Of a stretch of DNA of 64,000 nucleotides, positions 31,095 through 41,889 are shown one piece after another. The DNA is from an uncultured Phycisphaerales bacterium (lineage in GTDB: Bacteria > Planctomycetota > Phycisphaerae > Tepidisphaerales > Tepidisphaeraceae), in NCBI GenBank assembly GCA_963755915.1, contig CAVWLP010000002.1, positions 4,416,001 through 4,480,000 of the forward strand. Direction: 5' to 3'. Under the pieces are notes generated by a model that saw only the letters and a program-made list of their open reading frames with translations, searched no databases and had not been told where the DNA came from. Position 1 is the stretch's first letter; every line of letters begins with the position of its first letter. The position numbers and the translations under genes are program-made.

Positions 31095-34000
31095 GTGGTG
31101 AAGGCCTATCGAGGGGTACCAGCCCGGCGGCGAATTCGTTCGCGCACCGTCCAAGCGTTTGCTGCTATTTCAGCGGCCACCGCATTCGCCTCCTGTCTTT
31201 CCTCCGCTCGGGGCGACACCTACGGAAATATTTACGAGACCGACGGTGGCATCACCGATCTCAATTCCAGCAGTGCATGGACGGACGAAAGCTCTTCAAC
31301 CACGGACTCTCCGCCGCCGGGTGCGTCGGATATCGCGCAGTTCGACAGCAATACGGGGCTGACCTCAACAACCACGTTCGCGCTCGGCGGCGAGACCTCC
31401 TGGCTCGGTGTGTCGGTCCTGAACCCCGGCGCGGCAGTCGTCATCGGAAACGACGGCAACACCCTCACGCTCGGCGCCGGCGGAATTAATCTGGGCAGCG
31501 CTTCTCAAAACCTGACCATCAACGATCCGGTGATCATCAGCGAGCCCCAAACATGGTCAGTCGGCGGCGGCAGTTCCCCAATTCTTGACGTGCCATCCTT
31601 CACCCCCACGCCCGGCACCACCGTCGAATTCAACGGCCCCGCCACAATCAACGGATCCGGAAACGTCCCCGCCACCGGCGAAATCGAAACCTCCGTCGGG
31701 TCAGCCGGCACGATCCTGAGCGCATCAAGCACCTTCGGTGGATTCGCCGGCGAATTCGCCACCGTCGGCCTCTACGATTGGGCCGCTATGGATCCGACCG
31801 ATTCGTTCATCGTCGGCGGCAGCCAGATCTCCCACTTCTATACCGACGCCTCCGGCGCCTATCAAAATTTCACCGGCACACAAAACATCGACATTACCGG
31901 AAATATCACCACCTCCCACCAAATCAGAGTCGCCAGCATCCGTTTCAATACGCCCGCCGCCACTACCATGAGCGATTCAGAAGCCATCGCCACCGGAGGA
32001 GTCCTGGTCACTCCCGCGATGGGAACCAATGATGTCACCATCTCCGGCACCGGATCAATCGTCCCCCTAACTGAACCTTCGGTCTCCTCTACCGAACTGA
32101 TCGTCTGGCAAAACAACACCCAGGGACTGCTGACCATCGGCACTCCCATCGTCTCCAGAGCCGATATCTCCAGCGATTACGCCCAGGCTGGCCCCGGCAC
32201 AGTTGCGCTCTCCGCCAACAACACCTACGACGGCAATACCTGGCTGGAAGGAGGCTTCACAGAAATCAGCGACGGCAATGCCTTAGGCTCGAGCAACGGC
32301 ACACTGAATCTATCCGGCGGCGCCGTCGTCGCCAGCACCAGCACCTCGCTTGACAACGAGACTCCTCGCGCCGTGGCGCTTACCGCCTCAGGCGGAACCC
32401 TCGCAGCCGCCGACGGCGCCACGCTGATTGTCGATGGCACAATCACCGGCAGCGCGCCGCTGAACATCGGTACCGGACTCGTTCCCGGCAGTGGCTCGAC
32501 CGATGGCTCCGGAACTGTTGTTCTTTCCGCCGCTAACACCTACACCGGCCCCACGAACGTCGACGATGGAATCCTGCAAATCGATTCCACAACCGGCAGC
32601 ACTGGAACCGGCAGCCTTGCGGTCAACGCCGGCGCAACCCTTCTGGGAACCGGAACACTTACAAACGCCGTGACCGTAAAGTCCGGCGGCGATCTCACCC
32701 TCCACGATTCCACCGGTTCCACTGGAACCATCACGATCTCCAGCCTCACCCTCAACTCCGGCTCGATCGTCAATTACAACATCCTCTCCAATGGCGCTGC
32801 CGATCTCATCAAAATCAACAGCGGCTTCAGTTCAAACGATGCATTTCTGAACATTCTCCCCTACCCCACCGGCCCGACGATGGTCGGCACCTATGACGTG
32901 GTCCGGCTTCCCGCCGGGCTCGACCCCATCGAGCCTCTAAATTATTTCACCGTCGCCGACCCTGCGCAGGGTTACGGTTATAACTTCAGCATCGCTGGCG
33001 AATTTATCACCCTCACCATCAGCGGCGAGCCCCCTATGTCCACCTGGAATGCTCCGGGCGGCGGCTCCTGGGGTGCTCCCGGAAACTGGATCGGCGGCGT
33101 CCCCAACTCTTTTAATGCCATGGCCAACCTTGGCTCCGCAATTCAAGCCCCCAGCACCGTAACGCTCGATGGCACCCGCACGATCGCCAGATTGCAGTTC
33201 AACAATTCCGTCGGCGGTTCCTCTGCTTCCTACACCATCGCACCGGGAACCGGCGGAAACCTCTATTTCGAGGAAACAGGTTTCATCACGGACTTCACCG
33301 GCAGCCAGGCCATCACCGCCCCCATCCTCCTCGGCGACGGACTCTATGCCGACGTTTTTAGTTCCAACACCACGCTTTCCGTTTCCGGCGGTGTCAGTGG
33401 CTCAGGGGGATTGAATATCTCCGGATCAGGCGTCTTGCTTCTCGCTGGAACCAACACCTTCGCCGGTGGCGAATTCCTCAATGGAGGAACCCTCCTCCTT
33501 GGTAGCTCATCCGCACTCCCCAGCACCGGCTCTCTGTCCCTCAACGGCAACGCCCTTGTCGATCTCAACGGCTTTAGCACATCCGTCGGCACCCTGAGCG
33601 GCTCCGGAACCATCGACAACGTCTCCGCCGGCGGAACCGTCACGCTCAACGTCTCAACATCCACCTATTCCAACTTCGCCGGCATCCTTCAAAACTCCTC
33701 CGGCTCCCTCGCCCTCGCCGAAACCGGCACCGGAACTTTGATGCTCTACAATGCCAACACCTATTCCGGCGGAACGACCATCGGCGGCGCCTCAACTCTC
33801 TACCCCATCAACAATAATTCCCTGGGATCGGGAACAGTCACCGTTGAATCGACCGACGGCCTGTTGCTCTATGGCGGCGTGAATATCGCCAACCCAATCG
33901 TCTCCGCCACGGGTGCAACCGAATTCGCCGAGGTCGCCGGCACCGCCACAACCGCCACACTTTCCGGCAACATCTCCGCCCTCCCGGGCGACCAGCTTCG

Positions 34001-35412
34001 AATCGGCAACACCAATTACGCCTCCACGCTCGAAATCACCGGCGCCGCCAACGCCGGCTCATCCGTTGCCGTGATCTCCCAGGGCAACGTCATATTTGCC
34101 GGCGACGGCTCCCTCACCACCACCAGCACCATGGACCCGCTGATCATCGGTCACACCCTCACTAACACCACGCTTGATCTAACGCTGCAGGACAATTCCT
34201 CCCTCACCGGCGTCGGCATCACGCTCGGCGGCATCATCGACAACGACAATCTTGCCACAACCGTCAACATGATCGGCGATGCAACCATGAACACAGGCAC
34301 CGGCGCGCTCGACATCAACGGCGGCGCTTCGGCAAACACCGTCTCTCTCACCCTCGGCGGCAATTCCAATATCTATGCATCAAATATCACCTTTACATCC
34401 ACCAACGCAGGAGCCTCGGCCACAATCGTCCTGAATGGCGGCACCATAAATGCCAATGCAGGCGATCCCGCCGGGAGCCAATTCCTTCCCAATTTCAGCA
34501 ACTCCGGCCTTAACGCAACGATCGAAGATTCCGCCGGTGGCGGCACGATCAACAACAACGGATTCTCCATCACCCTCGCCCAATCCATCACTTCCACCGG
34601 TAATGACGGGACAATCGTTTTCACCGGATCCGGTACCACGGCCCTCGCCTCGCCAAACTTCTACGCCGCCGCAACCAACGTCCAATCCGGCACGCTCTTG
34701 GTCGAGACGGCAATGGCACTCCCGACCGATCAGCCGGTGAATATTTCCTCGGGCAGCTGCCCTTCGCCTGGCAATCAACTCCGGCGATCCCCACATCTCC
34801 TCTCTCTCCATCGTCCCCGGCGGCCTCTTCGACATCGCCAACAACACCCTCTTCATCGACTACGGCTCAGGCTCCGACCCAATCGCCTCCATCCTCGGCT
34901 ATCTCCGAAACGGTTTTGCAACCGGATGGACCGCCAACGGAATCATTTCTTCCAATGCAGCGTTTTCCATGAGCAATCCCCCGCGCTACGGCGTAGGTTG
35001 GGCCGACGGAAACGACGGAACCCATGCCGTCTCCGGCCTCCAAAGCGGCCAAATCGAGCTCAAATTTACCCTCCTCGGCGACGCCAATCTTGACGGGACC
35101 GTGAATGGCTCCGACTTCAGCATCCTCGCCGCCAACTTCGGCGCCGGCACAACCAACTGGGATCAGGGAAATTTCCTCTTTACTTCTTCGGTGAACGGCT
35201 CAGATTTCAGCGCGCTGGCCGCGAACTTCGGCCAGGGAGACAATGGAGCCGATGCGATTGTCACCTCTGCAGACATCGCCGCGCTGGATTCTTTCGCCGC
35301 CGCAAACGGATTGCCCATGCCTACGATCGACGCAGTACCCGAGCCGGTTTCGGCGGCAATTTTTGCGGTCGGCGGATTGGCGATTCAGGCTCGCCGGCGG
35401 CGAAGCCGCTGA
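31095..35412 (+). CDS. Large surface protein (about 1440 aa): autotransporter-associated beta-strand repeats, dockerin-like Ca-binding pair, PEP-CTERM; apparent frameshift near 34752
   Basis: GGGAGG RBS, signal peptide, repeated G.GT..L...NTY.G.T motifs, GDANLDGTVNGSDF...VNGSDF and VPEPVS...ARRRR. Confidence 0.88.
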
Positions 35413-35424
35413 ACTCCTGCTTCT

Positions 35425-36681
35425 TTAGTTTCCCAGCGGCGTCGGCGCATCATACGCGTCATCGATCGCCCGCCGAAGCCCCTCTGCCGCCGTCCAGTGC
35501 TGGATCGCCGCGATCTTCCCGTCTTTCCCGATCACCACCGCCCCGTTCGGGAAAGCGCCGAAGGCGTTTGAAACCGCATCGTCCATCGAATCGACGGCCA
35601 CCGCCATCGTAATCCCCAGCACTTCCGCCGTCCGCTGGGCCTGCAGCCTTCGCCCGGCAAGCGTCGTCGTTTGCGCAATCGAGATGTTCTGGTCTTTGTT
35701 GGTTTGCAATTCATCGCCGCCGGCCGGGTGCGCTTTGCGCGTATAAACCAGCAGGAAAAACGCCCGGGGCCCCTCCTCCGATCGCAGCGATTCCATCGCC
35801 GAAACCTGGTCCCGGAACTGCGGGCACGACATCGACCCAAATTCAAGCACCAAAACGTGCCCCCGATATTTGGCGGTATCGAACGAAATCTCATCGTTCA
35901 GCTCCGGAATTTTGAGATTCGGGGCCGCGGCGCCAACGTCCGGCGACGGATGGTCTGTTTCCTCCGCCGTCTCATCCGGCGAACCCGGATCGGATTCGCT
36001 CGCTTCCGGCTGCGTGGCCCGCCCCGAACCATTCTCGCGCAGATCAGCCATCGTCTGAATAAGCGTTTGCATTTGCTCGGGCGTCAGCACCGACTCGAGT
36101 TGACTCTTGAGGTTCTCGCGAAGGTCACGAAGCTGCGAATAAACCAGCGATCCGTTCGCCGTTTGCGCGCGCAAATTCGCGGTATTCTGCCGAAAGCTCT
36201 GCAAAAGCCCATCCACCTTTTCCCGCTGATCCCCCGTGAGATCGATCTTGTTCAGCGCCCTCGGCAAATACCGCATCAGCAAAGGCCCCGCAAAATCATC
36301 CTCGCTCGGACGCGACGACGGCCCAGGGCTCAGATACAAATCCAACGTCGCCATCTGGTCCGCGGTCAGCACTTGCGCAAGCTGCTGATGAAGGCTCTTC
36401 GCATAATCCCCCAGCGCCTGCTGACGCTGCGAAAGCGGCGTCCCCCGCGCCGTCGCCGCAAACTGATCCGCCCACGACGAAGCCTTCGCCATAATCTGCG
36501 CCACCGCCGACTTCTGGTCCGCCGTCAGCGTCACATGCGTCAAGGCCTGCTGATAACGGTCAAGAATCGCGTAAGAGCGCCGACTCGCAAGGTCTCGCTC
36601 GGCGAACGTCGTCACCGGCGCAAGCCAGCTCAGTGCAAGGCAAATCGCCATCGAAATGCCCCACCCATTCCGCTCAAACAT
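35425..36681 (-). CDS. Exported protein with Spy/CpxP-like helical repeats and an iodothyronine deiodinase-like thioredoxin-fold domain
   Basis: Signal peptide; LTADQ/LTGDQ/LTPEQ repeats; VLVLEFGSMSCPQF...FLLVYTRKAHP...VDSMDD....FGAFPN. Confidence 0.75.
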   Translation of the reverse strand: MFERNGWGISMAICLALSWLAPVTTFAERDLASRRSYAILDRYQQALTHVTLTADQKSAVAQIMAKASSWADQFAATARGTPLSQRQQALGDYAKSLHQQLAQVLTADQMATLDLYLSPGPSSRPSEDDFAGPLLMRYLPRALNKIDLTGDQREKVDGLLQSFRQNTANLRAQTANGSLVYSQLRDLRENLKSQLESVLTPEQMQTLIQTMADLRENGSGRATQPEASESDPGSPDETAEETDHPSPDVGAAAPNLKIPELNDEISFDTAKYRGHVLVLEFGSMSCPQFRDQVSAMESLRSEEGPRAFFLLVYTRKAHPAGGDELQTNKDQNISIAQTTTLAGRRLQAQRTAEVLGITMAVAVDSMDDAVSNAFGAFPNGAVVIGKDGKIAAIQHWTAAEGLRRAIDDAYDAPTPLGN

Positions 36682-36708
36682 GCCAGCCTCCCTCAGGTAG
36701 TGAAACCA

Positions 36709-37494
36709 TTATACATCGCAAATCATTGCCGCCCGCCGCAGCGCATCAATATGCCGGTGCTTTACTGTAAACTCATGTGCCACATACCCCTTAAAACCCG
36801 TCTGCGCAATCGCCCGCATAATGGCCGGATAATAAAGCTCCTGGCCTTCGCCAATCTCCCCCCGCCCCGGCACACCCGCCGTGTGGTAATGCCCGATGAT
36901 CTCCGCATGCTTGCGGATCGTGTCGATCACATCCCCCTCCTGCACCTGCATGTGATAGATGTCATAGAGAAGCTTAAACCGCTCCGACCCCACCCGCTTT
37001 ACCAGCTCCGCCCCCCACCGCGTGTTGTCGCACATGTACCGCGGGTGGTTGATCTTGCTGTTCAGCAGCTCCATGCAGAGCGTGACCTTTTTCTTCTCCG
37101 CCAGGCGGATCACGCGTTTAATCGCCCGGTTGCAGTTTCGCAGCCCGGCCTCATCCGATATTTTCCCCGTCTGGTTCCCCGAGAAGCAGATGACGTTGGG
37201 AAATCGCGCTGCCGCCGTTGCCTCGATCGCGTTGCGGATTCGCAACAGGCATTCATCATGATTCGCCGGGTCATTGAGCCCTTTCACGATCCCATGCGAC
37301 GGCGTCATCGTGCAGATCAGCCCAAAGCGCTTCAGGATGTCCCACTGCGCCGGCTCGACAAGATCGAGCCCGCGCAATCCCAGCGACGCCACCTGCTCGG
37401 CAAATGGAACCATCGGAATGGCGTCAAAGCACCACCTGCAAACGCTTTGACGAATCCGGCCACGAAGAACCTGCGGAGGGGTAATTAGCATCAT
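36709..37494 (-). CDS. Hydroxypyruvate isomerase family TIM-barrel protein
   Basis: QSVCRWCF, NVICFSGN, MELLNSK, LLYDIYHMQ, HYHTAGVPGRGE. Confidence 0.9.
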   Translation of the reverse strand: MMLITPPQVLRGRIRQSVCRWCFDAIPMVPFAEQVASLGLRGLDLVEPAQWDILKRFGLICTMTPSHGIVKGLNDPANHDECLLRIRNAIEATAAARFPNVICFSGNQTGKISDEAGLRNCNRAIKRVIRLAEKKKVTLCMELLNSKINHPRYMCDNTRWGAELVKRVGSERFKLLYDIYHMQVQEGDVIDTIRKHAEIIGHYHTAGVPGRGEIGEGQELYYPAIMRAIAQTGFKGYVAHEFTVKHRHIDALRRAAMICDV

Positions 37495-37550
37495 TCAGTA
37501 AATTACCGGACATTGCCTTGTAAACCCAGCGGCCCTCAATGTCCGATCAT

Positions 37551-37850
37551 ATGAAGGAGGGTATTTCGGCTCCAATGACCTTCTTCCTGGTCCTAAGCTG
37601 CGTAGTCTGCGCCTGGGCGATGCTCCGGGTCGTGGGCGGCGAGCGCACCCAGCAAATCCGCGAGATCGAATCGCGTCTTAAGAAGCAGGCCGAAAAACCT
37701 AAGGTAGATCCCGATGAGCCCATTGTCGTCGGCGGCCCTGACCCCATGCCCCACTCGACAGGAGCCGCCAAACCTCCGCCGCCGCCGGCAAAACCAACCC
37801 CACCGGCAGCCAAAAAGCCCGCCGCTCCGGCTCAAAGTGCCAAGCATTGA
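37551..37850 (+). CDS. Small membrane-anchored hypothetical protein with Pro/Lys tail
   Basis: N-terminal hydrophobic helix; start uncertain (37539, 37551 or 37575). Confidence 0.55.
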   Translation: MKEGISAPMTFFLVLSCVVCAWAMLRVVGGERTQQIREIESRLKKQAEKPKVDPDEPIVVGGPDPMPHSTGAAKPPPPPAKPTPPAAKKPAAPAQSAKH

Positions 37851-37920
37851 CTTGCCTGCATCCCCCGGCGTACGCTTGATATAGCGTACACTCGCCAATT
37901 CCCACTTACGCGAGGGAAAC

Positions 37921-38924
37921 GTGGACCAACGCCCCCTTCCGACCTATATCTGGATATTCGCCCTGGCTCTCCTGGCTGTCATCGCCTCGCTCGGGGCGGG
38001 CGTTCTGCTCTTACGGCATCCCGACGCCCCCACCGCTTCCATCGCCACAGGCGCCGCCCTGCTGGCCGCCGGGTATATCGGCCTGGTTTCGATCCTCGTC
38101 ACCCTCCCTATCGCCTTGAATCTCGCCGCCGCCCGCCGCAGCCACCTTCGCCATCAGGCTGAATTCATGACCACCCTGAGCGAGCGGCTCGAAGGAATTT
38201 CCATCCTCCTGAACCTCATGAGCGAGCAGCAGCTCCTTTCCGACCGCGCCAAGGCGGTCGCCTTCCGTGATAAGGACCATGACGCGATGCGCCGGGCCGT
38301 CATCGAAGAAATCGGCCACCAAAACTGGGAAGCCGCCTACCTCCTTTCCAACGACATCGAAACCCAGTTCGGCTTCAAGCAGGAGGCGGACGACTTCCGC
38401 AAAGAAATCACCGCCAAGCGCACCGACATTCACCGCCGCCAACTGGCCGAAATGCTGGCTCCCATCGACCGGCACATCAAGGGGGAAGCCTGGGCGCCGC
38501 CCTTCAGGAAGCCCATCAGCTCATGGAGCGCTTTCCCGACGACGCCCAGTGTCAGCGGCTTCCCGATGAAATCGAATCCCGCCGCCAGCAGCGCAAGCAG
38601 CAGCTTCGCCAGAGCTGGCAGGACGCCATCGACCGCCACGACGTGGATGGCAGCATCGAAATCCTCAAACGGCTCGACGTTTACCTCACCCCCGCCGAGG
38701 CGGAATCCATGCAGGAAATCGCCCGCAACGTCTTCAAGGAAAAGCGCGAGGCCCTTCGCATCCGCTTCTCCCAGGCCGTCAAGGAGCAGCGGATTGTCGA
38801 TGCGATTCGACTGGGCGAGGAGATCATGAACGACTTCCCCAACACCCGCATGGCCCAGGAGGTGCGGGAAATGATGGACACCCTCCGCCAGCGCATGCAC
38901 GAACCGCAGAACACTGCCCTATAA
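37921..38924 (+). CDS. Hypothetical two-TM protein with a helical soluble domain; apparent frameshift near 38497
   Basis: The two ORFs join as EAWAAALQEAHQLMERFP; consistent codon usage on both sides. Confidence 0.7.
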
Positions 38925-38945
38925 TTAAGCCGCCGCGTATCTTGA

Positions 38946-39578
38946 ATGACCCAACCAGACCCAACGCCAACGCCTCCGGGGATCGCCAGGCAGGCTGAGT
39001 CCTATTTCGTGCGCTACGTCGCCGTCGTGATCAAAAACGTCGTCGGCTACGTGCTGATGCTGTCGGCCCTGGTCCTGGGGGGATTCTTCCCCATCCCTAT
39101 CGGCACGCCGATGTTCATCATCGGCTTCGCCATGATCACCCTTCCCGGCAAACGGCGGCTCACCAGCGGCGCCCTGCGCGGAATCACGATCAACCTGAAC
39201 AGCCGCACCGCTCACACCTGGCGGCTGGCCGGGTCACTGCTTCTTCCCCCCGCCGTCGTCTGGTTCCTGGCCTTCCAGCGTCACCCGATTCTGCACCCTT
39301 CGCAGATGACCCTCGCCCACCTTTGCGCCGTCTACGCCGTCACGATCGTTGCCGCCTGGCTCTTCATGTGGGGATTTCTCCTGGCCGTCAACGTCGTTAT
39401 TCGCATTCTCCCGCACCTGCGGCGTCGCGTCCGCCCCTGGCTGCGCTCGCACGGTGTCCATCTCCTGCCCCCGCGCCGCAAACCCCGCCTTGCCGCCGCC
39501 TCCAAACAGCGCCCCAACGATGAAAACATCCTCGATTTCGGCAGCTTCAATCCGCTGAGGCGAGGACCGAGGGGGTGA
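38946..39578 (+). CDS. Hypothetical membrane protein
   Basis: Four hydrophobic segments; IKNVVG...PIG.P....G.....PGKRRL motif. Confidence 0.7.
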   Translation: MTQPDPTPTPPGIARQAESYFVRYVAVVIKNVVGYVLMLSALVLGGFFPIPIGTPMFIIGFAMITLPGKRRLTSGALRGITINLNSRTAHTWRLAGSLLLPPAVVWFLAFQRHPILHPSQMTLAHLCAVYAVTIVAAWLFMWGFLLAVNVVIRILPHLRRRVRPWLRSHGVHLLPPRRKPRLAAASKQRPNDENILDFGSFNPLRRGPRG

Positions 39579-39583
39579 GAACA

Positions 39584-39640
39584 GTAGAAGCGGCGTCCCG
39601 CCGCTTTCACATCTCGAAGCGGCGAGGACGCCGCTTCTAC
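39584..39640. repeat. REP-like inverted doublet
   Basis: GTAGAAGCGGCGTCCCGCCGCTT...AAGCGGCGAGGACGCCGCTTCTAC; GTAG ends, each arm self-palindromic. Confidence 0.7.
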
Positions 39641-39735
39641 GCAGAATTCGCAACTTCATTTTCAGCGGTTATAATCCCCGCCAAAAGGGATGACGGGTTC
39701 ACTCCCAATTCACTCGCCACATGGGAGGTAAGGTC

Positions 39736-40203
39736 ATGATGCGTCTACCCAAATCAATCCAATTCGCCGGAATTTTCTGCACCCTCGCGATGCTCGCGGG
39801 CTGTGCGGCGACCGTGCCGATGACCAGCAGCGCCGACGATGCCGCCGCCAAGACCTTTCAGCCGAATCCCGCCAAAGCCAGCGTCTATATCGTCCGCGGC
39901 TACGGCATCAACCCGGAGCACCTGATCATGACGCAGGTTGACGGCGTCAACGTCGGCTCGCTCGCCCCGAACACCTACATGCTGATCACCCTCAACCCCG
40001 GCCAGCACGTCCTCTCCGTCGTCGGCCCCACCAACCAGGAAGACCTGCCGCTGACGGTGGCCGCCGGCCAACTCTACTTCGTGCAAACGAGCATGATCTG
40101 GGCCGGCCCCGGCGAAAGGCACCGGCATATCGAAGCCATGACGGATGCGGATGGGCGGACGTATGTCGGCGGCGAGATGCGGGCCGAGGCGATTAATCCG
40201 TAG
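39736..40203 (+). CDS. DUF2846-like lipoprotein
   Basis: Lipobox LAGC-A, 'D.AAK.F.P...KASVYIVR', GQLYFV. Confidence 0.8.
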   Translation: MMRLPKSIQFAGIFCTLAMLAGCAATVPMTSSADDAAAKTFQPNPAKASVYIVRGYGINPEHLIMTQVDGVNVGSLAPNTYMLITLNPGQHVLSVVGPTNQEDLPLTVAAGQLYFVQTSMIWAGPGERHRHIEAMTDADGRTYVGGEMRAEAINP

Positions 40204-40242
40204 GCGGTGGCGAATCTGATTAAACTGGATGTTACATCACGT

Positions 40243-41732
40243 TAATCCCGTTCGGCACGGGGTTCGCGCAAGCAGCAAGATATTGAGATTGCGCCTTTGA
40301 TCTTTTTATGGCATGCTGCCGGACGTGCAGGCAAGACTGAAGGAAAAAGAGATCCTGTGCCTCGGACATCTGCGGCGCGTCTTCGCGCTGCTGCCCACGC
40401 TGCGGGATGTGGGCTGTGAGCGGGATCGAGCCGGGAACCGCCAGCTTCACTTCGACGATTATTGCAAGCTGGTTTTGCTTTACACCTGGAATCCGCTGAT
40501 CCAATCCCTGCGGGATCTTCAGGAGGTTGCTGAACTGCCCAAGGTGGCCAAGGCGCTGGGAATTAAGCGTTTTTCCGTGGGCAGTTTCTCTGAATCGGTT
40601 CGGGTGTTCGAGCCGGGGCGTTTGACGCCGCTGATTGAGGAATTGGCGGGGGAACTGCCCCAGGCGCCCGATCCGCGTCTTGCGGACTTTGGGCAGGCGA
40701 TCACGCTGGTCGACGGGACGGTGCTGACGGCGCTGAGTCGGCTGGCCAAATCCGCTTGCGGCATCGATGCGCACTACAACACCTCCCGGGACGGGAAAGC
40801 GGTCTATGGCTGGCGTTTGCACGTTCAATTCGATCTGGAGACGTTCAAAGTCCATCGCCTCGACCGCACTGGCGCTCGCAACGCGGGGGCCAACCGTGAA
40901 AACAACGTCCTGCGGCGCAGCCTGGAAGCAGGACGGTGCTATGTAGGAGACGGCGGCTACGCCGACCGGAGCCTCTTTGCGGACATCGCCGCGGCGCAAA
41001 GCTCCTTTGTGATGCGGGCCGCGGAAAACTCGGTGTTTGAGCTGTTTGAAGAACGATTGCTTTCACAGGAAGCATTGGACGGCGGCGTGGTGCGAGACGC
41101 GCTGGTGAAACTCGACGGCCTGGAGACGGCGGCGGATAGGGTGGTGCGACGGGTGGAAGTGCAGGTGAAACCCCATCCGCGCCGCACGCGCAGCGGCAAC
41201 AAGCCGACGGACCTGATCATCCTGTACACGAACCTGCTGGACCTGCCGGCGGAATTGATCGCCCTGATTTATCTGTACCGCTACACCGTTGAGTTGTTCT
41301 TCCGGATCTTCAAGCAACTGCTGGGCATGCGTCACCTGCTGAGCCAACGCCAGGAGGGGATCGACATCCAAATCCACTGCGCGCTGATCGTCTGCGTGCT
41401 GATTCAGCTGATCAGCGGCAGGAAGCCGAACAAGGCGATGCGGAACATGATCGGCTGGTATCTGCTGGGGCTGGCCGAGGAACAGGACGTGCTTCGATTC
41501 CTGAACAAGCCGGATAACACCGGGATTAAGCTGAGGGCAAGAGCGGAGGCCTTGAAAAAACTGGGAGTAAACTGAAGGGGAATCCGTCGCCGCGGAGACC
41601 TCGCGGTTGATGCTGCGCTCTTGCGGACGCCGGCGTGCAGCAGGGGAAAGTAAAAGTATCTAAGCTTCAATTGTTTCGCGTCCTCCACAGCTTTGGAATG
41701 CTCCGATGAAGCCTGCGTGCCGAACGGGATTA
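40243..41732 (+). mobile_element. IS4-family insertion sequence (1490 bp)
   Basis: Perfect 17-bp terminal IRs TAATCCCGTTCGGCACG, flanked on both sides by ACGT. Confidence 0.92.
40313..41575 (+). CDS. IS4-family DDE transposase
   Basis: LVDGT, VGDGGY, and the Y-(2)-R-(3)-E-(6)-K motif YLYRYTVELFFRIFK. Confidence 0.93.
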   Translation: MLPDVQARLKEKEILCLGHLRRVFALLPTLRDVGCERDRAGNRQLHFDDYCKLVLLYTWNPLIQSLRDLQEVAELPKVAKALGIKRFSVGSFSESVRVFEPGRLTPLIEELAGELPQAPDPRLADFGQAITLVDGTVLTALSRLAKSACGIDAHYNTSRDGKAVYGWRLHVQFDLETFKVHRLDRTGARNAGANRENNVLRRSLEAGRCYVGDGGYADRSLFADIAAAQSSFVMRAAENSVFELFEERLLSQEALDGGVVRDALVKLDGLETAADRVVRRVEVQVKPHPRRTRSGNKPTDLIILYTNLLDLPAELIALIYLYRYTVELFFRIFKQLLGMRHLLSQRQEGIDIQIHCALIVCVLIQLISGRKPNKAMRNMIGWYLLGLAEEQDVLRFLNKPDNTGIKLRARAEALKKLGVN

Positions 41733-41889
41733 ACGTTTTGTTACGTTCTGCGCGAATTTTGTAAGTATACGCTAACTTTTATTGCCTCGATTGATACAAG
41801 AGATTGGCAAAAAGGGGGCCGATTAACCTCGCAAGCCAACTCATACCCCTCAAAAATGCCCCCAATCATGTGATGCTCGGCTGAACCAA

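Noticed and set aside
35671-37488. 605-aa plus-strand ORF and similar long antisense ORFs (46619-48400, 51672-52964, 7894-9069)
   Set aside because: Shadows of well-supported opposite-strand genes in GC-rich DNA, with no recognisable motifs.
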